From assembly GCA_050746125.1 (NCBI GenBank), contig JBOGKX010000012.1, positions 28,575 to 92,574 of the forward strand: 64,000 bases of DNA, given 5' to 3'. The translations under genes and the position numbers were made by a program. Origin of the DNA: Terriglobales bacterium (lineage in GTDB: Bacteria > Acidobacteriota > Terriglobia > Terriglobales > SCQP01). Positions within the stretch are counted from its first letter, which is position 1. The number at the start of each line of letters is the position of its first letter. Shown here piece after piece: positions 38,960-48,077 of the stretch. Below the pieces are notes generated by a model. That model was given only the letters and a program-made list of their open reading frames with translations. It searched no databases and was not told where the DNA came from.

Positions 38960-39453
38960 GGCTCCAGCAAATTAGCAAGCATTTCGCCGGCGCGTGTCAA
39001 GAGCGCCAAATCCTCTCGCGTGAAGTCCGCCACGTCGTCCGGCGAGTTAGCCTTGCGGCTCACTTGCACCACGCCGAGGATCCGGCCCGCGCGGCCGATC
39101 GGCGCGCTCATCAACTTTTGAATTGGCAATTTGGCGTCGCCGAGCTTGATGCCTTCAAAAGCCCTGGCGTGGGGAGTGGAGGCAAAGCGATTGTTCAAAT
39201 CCGGGCGCCCGGTCTTTGCGGTGCGCGCGGCGACCGAGGAGTTCGCGGCCGAAAGCGGAATCGTGCCCAGCGTCCGCAGCCGCGCGGGAGCCACAAAGGC
39301 GAGCACCTCTTGCTCCAAACGCAACACGGCAACTTCCTGGGCGCCGACCCGAAAAGCTTCGGCCAGGGCCGACACAGCCTCCGATAGGTTCTCGCCGGCC
39401 GCCGGTCGAGCGCAGATGGCGGCCACGGCGGCGAGCGGATCTGGAACAGGCAT
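38956..39453 (-). CDS. Stand-alone GAF domain protein
   Basis: 165 aa with a GAF-like pattern (...LMSAPIGRAGRILGVVQVSRK...). Its stop overlaps the cytochrome c start by 4 nt. Confidence 0.6.
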   Translation of the reverse strand: MPVPDPLAAVAAICARPAAGENLSEAVSALAEAFRVGAQEVAVLRLEQEVLAFVAPARLRTLGTIPLSAANSSVAARTAKTGRPDLNNRFASTPHARAFEGIKLGDAKLPIQKLMSAPIGRAGRILGVVQVSRKANSPDDVADFTREDLALLTRAGEMLANLLEP

Positions 39454-39475
39454 GAGGATTACGAGATTATAGCGG

Positions 39476-40471
39476 TTAGAGCGCCGCCGGCAAGCGCGCC
39501 GGCGGCGGCAAGCGCACCGCTTCGCTGGGGAGCGGCGCGCCCATTCGATCGGGGTGAAAGATCTTCGCCAGAATCGTTAGCCCATCCACCATTCCCGGTC
39601 CCGCTTGGCTGAAATAGCGGGGGCCGTCCACGACCCAAACGTTGTTCTCGCGCACGGCGCGCATCCGGTCGAATCCGGGATAGTCCCAAACCGTGGCCAG
39701 TTCGCGCGAGGCGCGCTCGCGCTCGAACCCGCAGACCATGGCGACGATGATTTCGGGGTCGTAGTCTCGCAGCCGGTCCCATGCGATGGGCCGCGACTTC
39801 GCGCCGGCGGCGGCCAAGTCGTCACGGCCGCCGGCGAGAGCCGCCAATTCCGGCGTCCAATGGCCGGAATTAAAGAGCGGCCGGGGCCATTCCAGGCAAA
39901 AGACGCGGCGCGCTTTTGCACCCGCGACCTGGGCCGCAACGGCGTCGATCTGGCCGGTCAAGCGGGCCAGCAGTCTTTCGCAGGCGCCAGTACGCTGCAC
40001 CTCCCAGGCCACGCGCCTCATGTCCTCGAACGCGCTGGAAAGTGTGCCGGCGCACAGGCTGAGCACGCGCGGCTGGGGGTCGAGGCGCGTCAATAGGGCT
40101 TGGAAATCGTTGGGGGTGACGGCGCAGACCTCGCAGAGATCCTGAGCGATGAGCAGATCGGGCCGCAGGGCGCGCAACCGGGCCTCGTCCAGCCGATAGA
40201 TGCTGCCACCAGCGGCATAAGTTCGCGTGACTAGGCGATCGATTTCCTCGCTCGTCATCGCGGTGTCCTCGTAGGTCAGCTGGCTGACGACGGGCAGGTG
40301 GCGAACCGCCGCGATGTGCAGATTGTCTTGCGAGATGCCGACCAATTCGTCGCCGGCGCCCAACGCCAGGAGAATTTCCGTGCCGGTGGGAAGTAGAGAC
40401 ACGATTCGCACCACTTTATGATAGGGCCGCCGCGCCGGCCCCCCGCGGCGCGCCCGGCGCCGCGCGTCCAT
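39476..40471 (-). CDS. Periplasmic-binding-protein fold (BtuF/FhuD-like, cobalamin/iron-siderophore type) protein
   Basis: RIVSLLPTGTEILLALGAGDELVGIS is the hallmark N-terminal strand-helix of this family. No signal peptide is visible. The true start may be a GTG about 19 codons downstream (VVRIVSL). Confidence 0.65.
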   Translation of the reverse strand: MDARRRARRGGPARRPYHKVVRIVSLLPTGTEILLALGAGDELVGISQDNLHIAAVRHLPVVSQLTYEDTAMTSEEIDRLVTRTYAAGGSIYRLDEARLRALRPDLLIAQDLCEVCAVTPNDFQALLTRLDPQPRVLSLCAGTLSSAFEDMRRVAWEVQRTGACERLLARLTGQIDAVAAQVAGAKARRVFCLEWPRPLFNSGHWTPELAALAGGRDDLAAAGAKSRPIAWDRLRDYDPEIIVAMVCGFERERASRELATVWDYPGFDRMRAVRENNVWVVDGPRYFSQAGPGMVDGLTILAKIFHPDRMGAPLPSEAVRLPPPARLPAAL

Positions 40472-40548
40472 GCCGGGCAGAGGACATAGCCCGCCGCGAT
40501 TGGGTCTCCGGCAGCGCGGCCGCCACGCTATCTTAAAAGGCGGCCGTC

Positions 40549-41751
40549 ATGCCCCAAGAGAGCTTGCAAGCGCTGTTCAGCCTCTTCGTCGTCTTCGCCG
40601 CGGCCAAAGTCGGCGAGGAGATCTTCGAACGCCTTGGACAGCCACCGTTAGTGGGACAAATCATCTTCGGATTTCTGGTCGGGCCCAGCGTTTTGCATTG
40701 GGTCGCGCCGTCGTCGGTGCTGGACTTCATGGCCGAGATCGGAGTGATCTTTCTGCTCTTCGAGACCGGCCTCGAGACCCGCCCCGAAGAAATCCTCGAA
40801 TACGGCTATCTCAGCTTCGCGGTGGCGTTTTTTGGCGTCCTCACCCCTTTGGCCATCGGCTGGTGGTTTGCCGCCGCCATGGGTGAAAACCCCATCACTT
40901 CGCGCTTCGTAGGCACGCTGCTGGTGGCCACCAGCATCGGCATCACCGCCAAGATCCTCGAGGACTTCGGCGCCACCCACGCCACGTTTGGTCGGGTCAT
41001 TCTCGGCGCCGCGGTGATTGACGACATCTTGGGCCTGTTGGCGCTATCGGCCCTTACCAGCTTCGCTGCCCCGACCGTGCGCCTGGCCAACCTGTTCCTA
41101 ACCGTCGCCTTCGTGGTCGTGTTCGTAGTGCTGGTCTTGATCTTGCGGCGCACGGCCTTTCCGCGCGTCAGCCGGCGCCTGCGCAATCTGCGCGCGCGGG
41201 CGCCGATTTGGTCGACAGCGCTCGTCGTGCTGCTGGGTTTTTCGGCCATGTCCGCCTACATCGGCATGGCTGCCATTATCGGCGCGCTGCTGGCGGGCAT
41301 GTTCGTCAGCGAACAGCCGGAGGTGGCGGAGACGGTGCGCAGCCAAGCCTCTGCGGTTAGCAGCTTCGTGGTGCCGTTTTTCCTCGCCGATATCGGTCTG
41401 CGCGTCTCCTTGCCCACCCTCGGCCATCGCCATGTCCTAATTCTCCTGGCGGCGATCACCGGCATCGCCATCGTGACCAAGCTGGTCGCCTGCGGCCTGA
41501 CCGCGCTGCCGCTGGGCCGCCGCAGCGCGTTGTTGATTGGATTGGGAATGATCCCCCGCGGCGAGGTCGGCATCGTGGTCGCGGGCGAAAGTCTGCGCAT
41601 CGCGGCCATTCCGACCTCTTACTACGACATCGGCATTGGCATGGCGGTGCTGACCACTTTGATCGGGCCGCTGCTGCTGCGCCTCGTCTTGCGGCCCGCG
41701 CGCCGCCCCCCGCTGCCTGGCGTCCGCGGGCGCCGCGAGCCAGCTCGCTAA
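40549..41751 (+). CDS. Cation:proton antiporter (CPA2/Kef-NapA type)
   Basis: 400 aa polytopic protein. N-terminal FAAAKVGEEIFERLGQPPLVGQIIFGFLVGPS is typical of the Na+/H+ exchanger family. Confidence 0.85.
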   Translation: MPQESLQALFSLFVVFAAAKVGEEIFERLGQPPLVGQIIFGFLVGPSVLHWVAPSSVLDFMAEIGVIFLLFETGLETRPEEILEYGYLSFAVAFFGVLTPLAIGWWFAAAMGENPITSRFVGTLLVATSIGITAKILEDFGATHATFGRVILGAAVIDDILGLLALSALTSFAAPTVRLANLFLTVAFVVVFVVLVLILRRTAFPRVSRRLRNLRARAPIWSTALVVLLGFSAMSAYIGMAAIIGALLAGMFVSEQPEVAETVRSQASAVSSFVVPFFLADIGLRVSLPTLGHRHVLILLAAITGIAIVTKLVACGLTALPLGRRSALLIGLGMIPRGEVGIVVAGESLRIAAIPTSYYDIGIGMAVLTTLIGPLLLRLVLRPARRPPLPGVRGRREPAR

Positions 41752-41804
41752 ACGCGCCCCGTCGGCGCAGGCTGCAACTTCCGGCTGGCCGCGGAGACGG
41801 AAAA

Positions 41805-44800
41805 GTGATGAAATACTCTCGCGCGTTTGGAGGATTGACGATGGCCCGCGGACTCATCCGTCAACTTATCGTTGCTTCTCTTGTTGCTATGGCGTTGGTG
41901 GTGGCGCCCGCGGTGATGCCTGCGCTCAATCCGCCGCCGGCCCCTTTTGGCGGCCTACACTGGCGGTTGATCGGGCCCTACCGGGGCGGTCGCGTGCTGG
42001 CCGTCACCGGCGTGGCTGGCAATCCGTTGGTCTTCTATTTCGGCGCGGTGGCCGGCGGTGTCTGGAAAACCACGGACGGCGGCCTGAATTGGAAGCCCCT
42101 ATTTCAACACGAGGCGGTCTCCTCGATCGGCGCTATCGCCGTGGCCCCCTCGAACCCCAACGTGATTTACGTCGGCACCGGCGAGGCCTGCATTCGCGGT
42201 GACATTTCGTATGGCGACGGCGTCTGGAAGTCGCTGGATGGCGGCAAGACCTGGCAGCACCTGGGCCTGGACGATACGCAGCATATCGGCCGGCTCATCG
42301 TCGATCCGCACGATCCCGATCGCGTCTTCGTCGCCGCTCTCGGGCATGCTTTTGGTCCCAATGCCGAGCGCGGCGTGTTTCGCACGCTCGACGGCGGCAA
42401 GACCTGGCAAAAGGTGCTCTTCAAGGACGATCACACCGGCGCTATCGACCTCTCCTTCGATCCCCACAACTCGAACATCGTCTTCGCGGCGCTATGGCAA
42501 GCGCAGCGATATCCCTGGGGCTTGGACAGCGGCGGTCCGGGCAGCGGTCTCTACAAATCGACCGACGGCGGGACCACCTGGAAGCATCTCGAAGGCAATG
42601 GCTTGCCGGAAGGCGTATTGGGCCGCATCGGCGTGGCCGTTTCCGGCGCCGATGGCGACCGCGTTTACGCCCTGATCGAGGCCAAAAACGGCGGTCTGTA
42701 CGTTTCCAGCGACGGGGGCGACAGTTGGCGGCTCGCCAACGGCGGCCATGAGCTGACGCAGCGCGCCTGGTATTTCACCCACGTTTTTGCCGATCCCAAA
42801 AGCGTGGATACCGTGTACGTGCTCAACACTAACTTGCTCCGCTCCACCGATGCCGGCCAGAAATTTCAGCCGCTGCGCGCGCCGCACGGGGACAACCATG
42901 GGCTCTGGATCGATCCCACAGACCCGCAGCGCATGATCAACGGTAACGACGGCGGCGCCACCATCACCCAAAACGGCGGCCAGAGCTGGACCACCGAGGA
43001 CAACCAGCCCACCGCCGAGTTCTACCATGTCGCTACCGACAATCGCTTCCGCTTTTTCGTCTACGGAGCGCAGCAGGACAACAGCACCGTCGCCATCGCC
43101 AGCAGCACCGACCACGGCGGAATCACCGACTCGGATTGGTATGACGTGGGCGGCGGCGAGAGCGGCTTCGTGGTGCCCGATCCGGCCGATCCCGACATTG
43201 TTTACGCCGGCTCGTATGACGGCCTGTTGACCCGTTACGATCGCCGCACCGAACAGGAGCGCGACATCGATCCGTGGCCGGATAATCCCATGGGCGCGGG
43301 CGCCGCCGGGCTGAAGCATCGCTTCCAGTGGACCGCGCCCATCCTGGTTTCAAACTTCGCTCCGCACGCGCTCTATTTCGGCGGCGAGGTTCTGTTCAAA
43401 AGTGTGGATGGCGGCGGCAGTTGGAAGATCATCAGCCCCGATCTCACCCGCAATGACAAGCGCAAGCAGCAATCGTCGGGCGGGCCGATCACGCAAGACA
43501 ACACCAGCGTGGAGTACTACGACACCATCTTCGCCATCGCCGAGTCGCCGCTCCGCCAGGGCGAGCTATGGGTGGGCAGCGACGACGGCCTGCTCCACCT
43601 CAGCCGCGAGGACGGCGGCCAGTGGACCGACGTCACGCCCCGCCAGATGCCGGAGTGGACCAAGATCAGCATGATCGAGCCCTCGCATTTCGATCCCGGT
43701 GCCGCTTACGTGGCGGCGAACGGCGAAAAGCTGGACGACTTCCATCCCTACATCTACAAGACCGCCGACTACGGCCGCAGTTGGACGCCGATCGTTACCG
43801 GCTTGCCCGCCGACATTTACGTCCACGTCGTGCGCGAGGATCCGCTGCGTCGCGGTTTGCTTTACGCCGGCACCGAGCAAGGCGTCTACTACTCGCTCGA
43901 TGACGGCGGACATTGGCAGTCGCTGCAATTGGGGCTGCCCACGACGCCGGTGCGAGATCTGGCGGTGCACGGCACGACGCTGATCGCCGCCACCCATGGT
44001 CGCGCCTTTTGGGCGCTGGACGATATCACCCCGCTGCGTCAGTACCAAGACGGCTTTGCCGCCGCCGCCGTCCATCTTTATCAGCCCGCCGTCGCCTACC
44101 GCGCGCGTGGCGGATTCGGCTTCGCCAGGCCCGGCGTCGGCGCTAACCCTCCCGGCGGCGCCATCGTGGACTATTGGCTAGCGCAGGCTCCGCAGAAACC
44201 GATCACGCTGGAGATCCTCGACGCGCACGGGACTCTAGTGCGCCAATACACGAGCACGTCCAGGCCCGCCGCCGGCGCCCCGGGCGGCTTCCGCCGCCGG
44301 CCCGCGGCGGCGCTGCAGGCCAAGGCCGGCCTGAACCGCTTCGTGTGGGATCTGCGCTATCCCGCGCCTCACTTGATTCCCGGCGAGGCCCACTGGGGCT
44401 CTCCGAGCGGCGTGCGTGCCGCTCCCGGCGACTATCAAGTGCGGCTGATCGTGGGCGCGCAGGCCTTCACGCAGCCTATCGTGCTGAAAGCCGATCCGCG
44501 CCTCTCCACCACCCAAGCCGATTACGAAAAGCAGTTTGACTTGGCACAACGCATCAACCGCGCCGTGGGCGAAGCGCATGATGCCGTCAATCAAATGCGA
44601 GGACTGCAAAAGCAGTTGGCGGAATTGGATCAGCGCATCGGCAGCGACCATCGCGCCGGCGCCGCGCTGGCCGCCGCCAAAACCCTGGATGGCAAGCTGG
44701 GCAAGGTCGTGGCCGCAGTTGCGCAACTGAATTCGAAAAGCGGTGAGGACGCACTCAACTATCCCATTCGCCTGGACGACAAGCTCGACAATTTGCTCGC

Positions 44801-45026
44801 TACCGTCGAGAGTGCCGATATGGCGCCGACGGCGCAGTCTTATGCCGTCTTCACCGAGTTGAACGGCCAACTCCAGGCCCAGTTGTCCACTTGGCGGACC
44901 TTGCAAAACAAGGATCTCGCCGCCTTGAACGAATTGATTCGCAAGGACGGAGTGATGGCGCTTTCCGTGCCCGCGCTGGCGCCCGCCGGCGCGAGCCGCG
45001 AGGTGGTGGGCAGTCCGCAACCCTGA
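41805..45026 (+). CDS. Large secreted BNR/Asp-box repeat protein (sortilin/Vps10-, GH74-like beta-propeller)
   Basis: 1073 aa. At least ten SxDxGxTW-type boxes are present (TTDGGLNWK, SLDGGKTWQ, TLDGGKTWQ, STDGGTTWK, SSDGGDSWR, SVDGGGSWK, TADYGRSWT, SLDDGGHWQ ...). It has a signal peptide, and the start may be the internal MARGLIRQL. Confidence 0.8.
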   Translation: MMKYSRAFGGLTMARGLIRQLIVASLVAMALVVAPAVMPALNPPPAPFGGLHWRLIGPYRGGRVLAVTGVAGNPLVFYFGAVAGGVWKTTDGGLNWKPLFQHEAVSSIGAIAVAPSNPNVIYVGTGEACIRGDISYGDGVWKSLDGGKTWQHLGLDDTQHIGRLIVDPHDPDRVFVAALGHAFGPNAERGVFRTLDGGKTWQKVLFKDDHTGAIDLSFDPHNSNIVFAALWQAQRYPWGLDSGGPGSGLYKSTDGGTTWKHLEGNGLPEGVLGRIGVAVSGADGDRVYALIEAKNGGLYVSSDGGDSWRLANGGHELTQRAWYFTHVFADPKSVDTVYVLNTNLLRSTDAGQKFQPLRAPHGDNHGLWIDPTDPQRMINGNDGGATITQNGGQSWTTEDNQPTAEFYHVATDNRFRFFVYGAQQDNSTVAIASSTDHGGITDSDWYDVGGGESGFVVPDPADPDIVYAGSYDGLLTRYDRRTEQERDIDPWPDNPMGAGAAGLKHRFQWTAPILVSNFAPHALYFGGEVLFKSVDGGGSWKIISPDLTRNDKRKQQSSGGPITQDNTSVEYYDTIFAIAESPLRQGELWVGSDDGLLHLSREDGGQWTDVTPRQMPEWTKISMIEPSHFDPGAAYVAANGEKLDDFHPYIYKTADYGRSWTPIVTGLPADIYVHVVREDPLRRGLLYAGTEQGVYYSLDDGGHWQSLQLGLPTTPVRDLAVHGTTLIAATHGRAFWALDDITPLRQYQDGFAAAAVHLYQPAVAYRARGGFGFARPGVGANPPGGAIVDYWLAQAPQKPITLEILDAHGTLVRQYTSTSRPAAGAPGGFRRRPAAALQAKAGLNRFVWDLRYPAPHLIPGEAHWGSPSGVRAAPGDYQVRLIVGAQAFTQPIVLKADPRLSTTQADYEKQFDLAQRINRAVGEAHDAVNQMRGLQKQLAELDQRIGSDHRAGAALAAAKTLDGKLGKVVAAVAQLNSKSGEDALNYPIRLDDKLDNLLATVESADMAPTAQSYAVFTELNGQLQAQLSTWRTLQNKDLAALNELIRKDGVMALSVPALAPAGASREVVGSPQP

Positions 45027-45374
45027 CCGAGGTGGCCGCGCCGAGGGCCCGGCCCGACGCGGAGGCGCGCGACCAGCAGGGAAACGGAGTAGTACTTTGC
45101 TGCCTTGAAAATCTCGGCAGCCCCTTCCTGCGGCGACAGGGATGTGATAGTCTAAATCTGGCTCGTGGCGGAAGCGCTGCTATTGAAGCGCGGCCTTGTG
45201 GTCCCGCTTGCTCCGCCCCGCGCGACTTGAAACAAACCGCTTTATCCGCGGAGTCCCGCCTTTGGGACCAGCTATTCGGCCGTTCGCCCTCAACTTTGCC
45301 TCGCATCTGGCCTCGCCTGAGGCCAGGGGAGCGGCTTCGACTCGACGGCCTGGAGGGAGCGGTAGGCCCATTCC

Positions 45375-46931
45375 GTGAACGAAGAAAAACTTAAAATTGC
45401 TGTTTTCATAGACTTCGACAACATTCAAATCGGGGTGCGCAGCACCCTCGGCCGAGACTTCGATCTCGCCTTGGTGCTGGAAGCGCTCAAGGAACGCGGC
45501 GAAGTGGTCACCAAGGTGGCCTATGGAAATTGGAAGCGCGCCGGGGAATTGACTCGCACGCTCACCCAAAATGCCGTGCTTATGGTGCAGCGCGACTTGA
45601 CTCCGCGCGGCGACAAAAACGGCGCCGATATCAACCTGGCTCTCGACGCGCTGGAGATGGCTATCAACCATTCCCACATCAACGCCTTCGTCATCGTCGG
45701 CGGCGATAGCGATTTCATCGCCCTGGTCGAGAAGCTGAAGCAATACAACAAGGCGGTTTTCGTGGTGGGAGGCCGTTCCTTCACGAGCAGCGTCTTGCAG
45801 CGCAATTGCCGCGAGTTCATCGGCTACGAGAATCTGATCGAATCGGTGACGACCGATCGCCGGCGCGACTCGGAGCTGGCGCGGCGGCGTGAAATCTTCC
45901 CCTTGCAGCGCGCCGTGCCCTTGATCTACCGCGCCCTCAAGGTGCTGGCCGATCGCGAAGTGCAGGCGCAATTGGGCCTGCTGAAGAGCACCCTGATCCA
46001 GTTGGATTCCACCTTCAACGAGCGCGACTTCGGCAGCAGCTCGTTCCGCAATTTCGTGCAAAAAATGGCTGACGCGCAATTGATCGCCGTGCGCCAGCAG
46101 GGCAACAGCGTGGTCGTCGAGCCGCTCGAGCGCGAGCCGCTAGTCGAGGGCCTGGAAACGAATGATTTGCCCGTCGCCGGCAACGGCGAATCGGGCGGCG
46201 AGGCTGTCGCCGAGGCAAGGGAGGAAAATGCCGCCGAAGTGGGCGTCAAACCCGCATTCGACAACGGCAATGGCGAAGCACGCGAGGCGCCGATTGCCAC
46301 GCGGCCTCCGGATGAAGCCGTGGAGCTGTTGGCCCGCGTGCTAGATCCTTTGCGCGGCACCAATCCCCGGCCGTTGTATCTGCGCAACGTAAAGCAACTT
46401 TTGCGCAACGAGCAGCCCGGCTTCGATGAGCAGCGGCATGGCTTCGCCTCCCTGGTCGAACTCTTGCGTGCCGGCCAGTCGCGCAACTTGCTGCGCCTGC
46501 AGCGCGATCGCCGCGGCGCGCTGCGCGTCTTTATTCCCGGTCCGCCGCCGCCCAGCCAACCGGGGGCGGGCGCACCCGCGCCTCTCGCCGCTGATGGCAA
46601 CCCCGGTGACGTAGCGCCGGGGGACGGCGAGACAAGCGCTGGCGAGGACGAACCTCTCGGTCTGGGCAGTGTGGCCGCGCCCGACGCGGCGGTAGGCGAC
46701 GGTGATGCAGTTTCCGAGCGGCCTGCCGTGCCCCGCGGCGAGGATCCGGAGGACTCGCAGATTCGCATTCTCGGGTACTACAAGGGCATTCATGGTGAGC
46801 CGGGCGGCGAAGAACCGCCGCTCAGTTTGACGGAGGCGGTCATGGCCGAGGCCGGCGGCGGACGCAAAAAGCGCCCGCGCAAGCCCAAGGCCAATGGCTC
46901 GGCCCCGCACCGGCGCAAGCCGCAAAAATAG
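45375..46931 (+). CDS. NYN (LabA-like) nuclease domain protein with OST-HTH/LOTUS-type region and a disordered basic tail
   Basis: IAVFIDFDNIQ ... NGADINLALDALEM ... FVIVGGDSDFIALVEKLK is the NYN/LabA signature. The central FRNFVQKMADAQLIAVRQQG and GFASLVELLRAGQSRNLLRLQ blocks resemble OST-HTH. GTG start. Confidence 0.75.
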   Translation: MNEEKLKIAVFIDFDNIQIGVRSTLGRDFDLALVLEALKERGEVVTKVAYGNWKRAGELTRTLTQNAVLMVQRDLTPRGDKNGADINLALDALEMAINHSHINAFVIVGGDSDFIALVEKLKQYNKAVFVVGGRSFTSSVLQRNCREFIGYENLIESVTTDRRRDSELARRREIFPLQRAVPLIYRALKVLADREVQAQLGLLKSTLIQLDSTFNERDFGSSSFRNFVQKMADAQLIAVRQQGNSVVVEPLEREPLVEGLETNDLPVAGNGESGGEAVAEAREENAAEVGVKPAFDNGNGEAREAPIATRPPDEAVELLARVLDPLRGTNPRPLYLRNVKQLLRNEQPGFDEQRHGFASLVELLRAGQSRNLLRLQRDRRGALRVFIPGPPPPSQPGAGAPAPLAADGNPGDVAPGDGETSAGEDEPLGLGSVAAPDAAVGDGDAVSERPAVPRGEDPEDSQIRILGYYKGIHGEPGGEEPPLSLTEAVMAEAGGGRKKRPRKPKANGSAPHRRKPQK

Positions 46932-46957
46932 CTGGCGGGATCGGGTGGAAAAGAAAA

Positions 46958-46988
46958 GAGGCCATTCCGCACAAGGCGGAATGGCCTC
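46958..46988. terminator. Bidirectional intrinsic-terminator hairpin between convergent genes
   Basis: Perfect 13-bp stem gaggccattccgc / gcggaatggcctc with a 5-nt loop (acaag). On the minus strand it is followed by cttttcttttcc, a U-rich tail for the 47012-47647 gene. On the plus strand the tail (aaactttgctattt) is weaker. Confidence 0.65.
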
Positions 46989-47011
46989 AAACTTTGCTAT
47001 TTACGCATGGT

Positions 47012-47647
47012 TTACTGGGCCGGGCTGGGAACGCAGTTGTCGCACTTGGTCACCTGATGCACGATGATCCCAGTGACTACTGCGGCGGCTGCCGCCACGC
47101 CGATCGTTACCGGCAGCGGAACGGTCGTGCCGCTAGATCCAACGGCCGGGGCCGGAGTGCCTTGATCCTGGAAGCGGATCGCCTCGCCGGCGTTAACAGT
47201 GTAAGTCTTGCTCAATCCTTCCACTTTCACGCTGCCGGCAATCGCCTGGACATAAACGGGTCCATTAAGCGCCGTCACCGCAAAGCGGGCGTTGGAAGAC
47301 GTGGGAACCACGGTCGCGGTGTGGAGGGCCACTGGCAAACTGCCGGAAACCTTCACCATGCCGTAGCTCAGGCGTACCTGGTTGACATCGGCTTTGCGCT
47401 CGAACGCGAAATGCGTCTTGGCGGCCGCAATCAGCGAACCACCAGGAAGCACCATGCGAGCACTTCCATCCTGGCTTACGACAACCGAGTCACCGGTCAC
47501 GATCGCTGAACCCGCAACGATGGGCTGGCCATTGACATCGACCGTCCCCGCCATTGGGCTCAGCATCGCGCCGTCGGTTCCCAGCAAGGGAAGGCAAGCC
47601 ATTAAGCCCACCAAAACCGATGCGAGCAGCGAACGGGAAACTTTCAT
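47012..47647 (-). CDS. Hypothetical secreted protein with a C-terminal membrane anchor (211 aa)
   Basis: It has a signal peptide (LLASVLVGLMACLPLLG), a beta-rich body and a C-terminal hydrophobic segment IGVAAAAAVVTGIIV. I recognise no family with confidence. Confidence 0.5.
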   Translation of the reverse strand: MKVSRSLLASVLVGLMACLPLLGTDGAMLSPMAGTVDVNGQPIVAGSAIVTGDSVVVSQDGSARMVLPGGSLIAAAKTHFAFERKADVNQVRLSYGMVKVSGSLPVALHTATVVPTSSNARFAVTALNGPVYVQAIAGSVKVEGLSKTYTVNAGEAIRFQDQGTPAPAVGSSGTTVPLPVTIGVAAAAAVVTGIIVHQVTKCDNCVPSPAQ

Positions 47648-48077
47648 TCACCTACCTCCTCGTGATCAAACGGGCAGAAGTCACACAATACTTCGCCGAC
47701 AATTAAACCACCCTCGTCCATCCCGAATCAAGCAAAATGTCGCCCAAAACCGTTTGTGAGGTGCCGGTGCAGTTACCAAAAAGTCATGGGCGGAAGCCCC
47801 GCCGAGACATGGCTGGGGCTCTAAAATCTCCCGCCCGGTGCTGGATCGCTGCCGTTCCCTGCGGGATGTCACCGCCCTTCTGTATGCCCGCCTGTACCTC
47901 GGGTCAGTTTGCAAGCGGATGCTGTCCGCGGCGTGATCAGGAGAAGGCCGGCGGGAGTGGGCCTTGGTTATCTCAAGGTCGAGACCGAACCGCAGAACGC
48001 CCCAACCGGTTCGGCGCAAGTTCAATTCGGTCCCGCCGCTCCGCTGCCGGCCTATACAATCGCTCATTGGCATTCCC

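Noticed and set aside
45180-46079. 299-aa minus-strand ORF
   Set aside because: It lies antisense to the NYN-domain gene, which has clear catalytic motifs.
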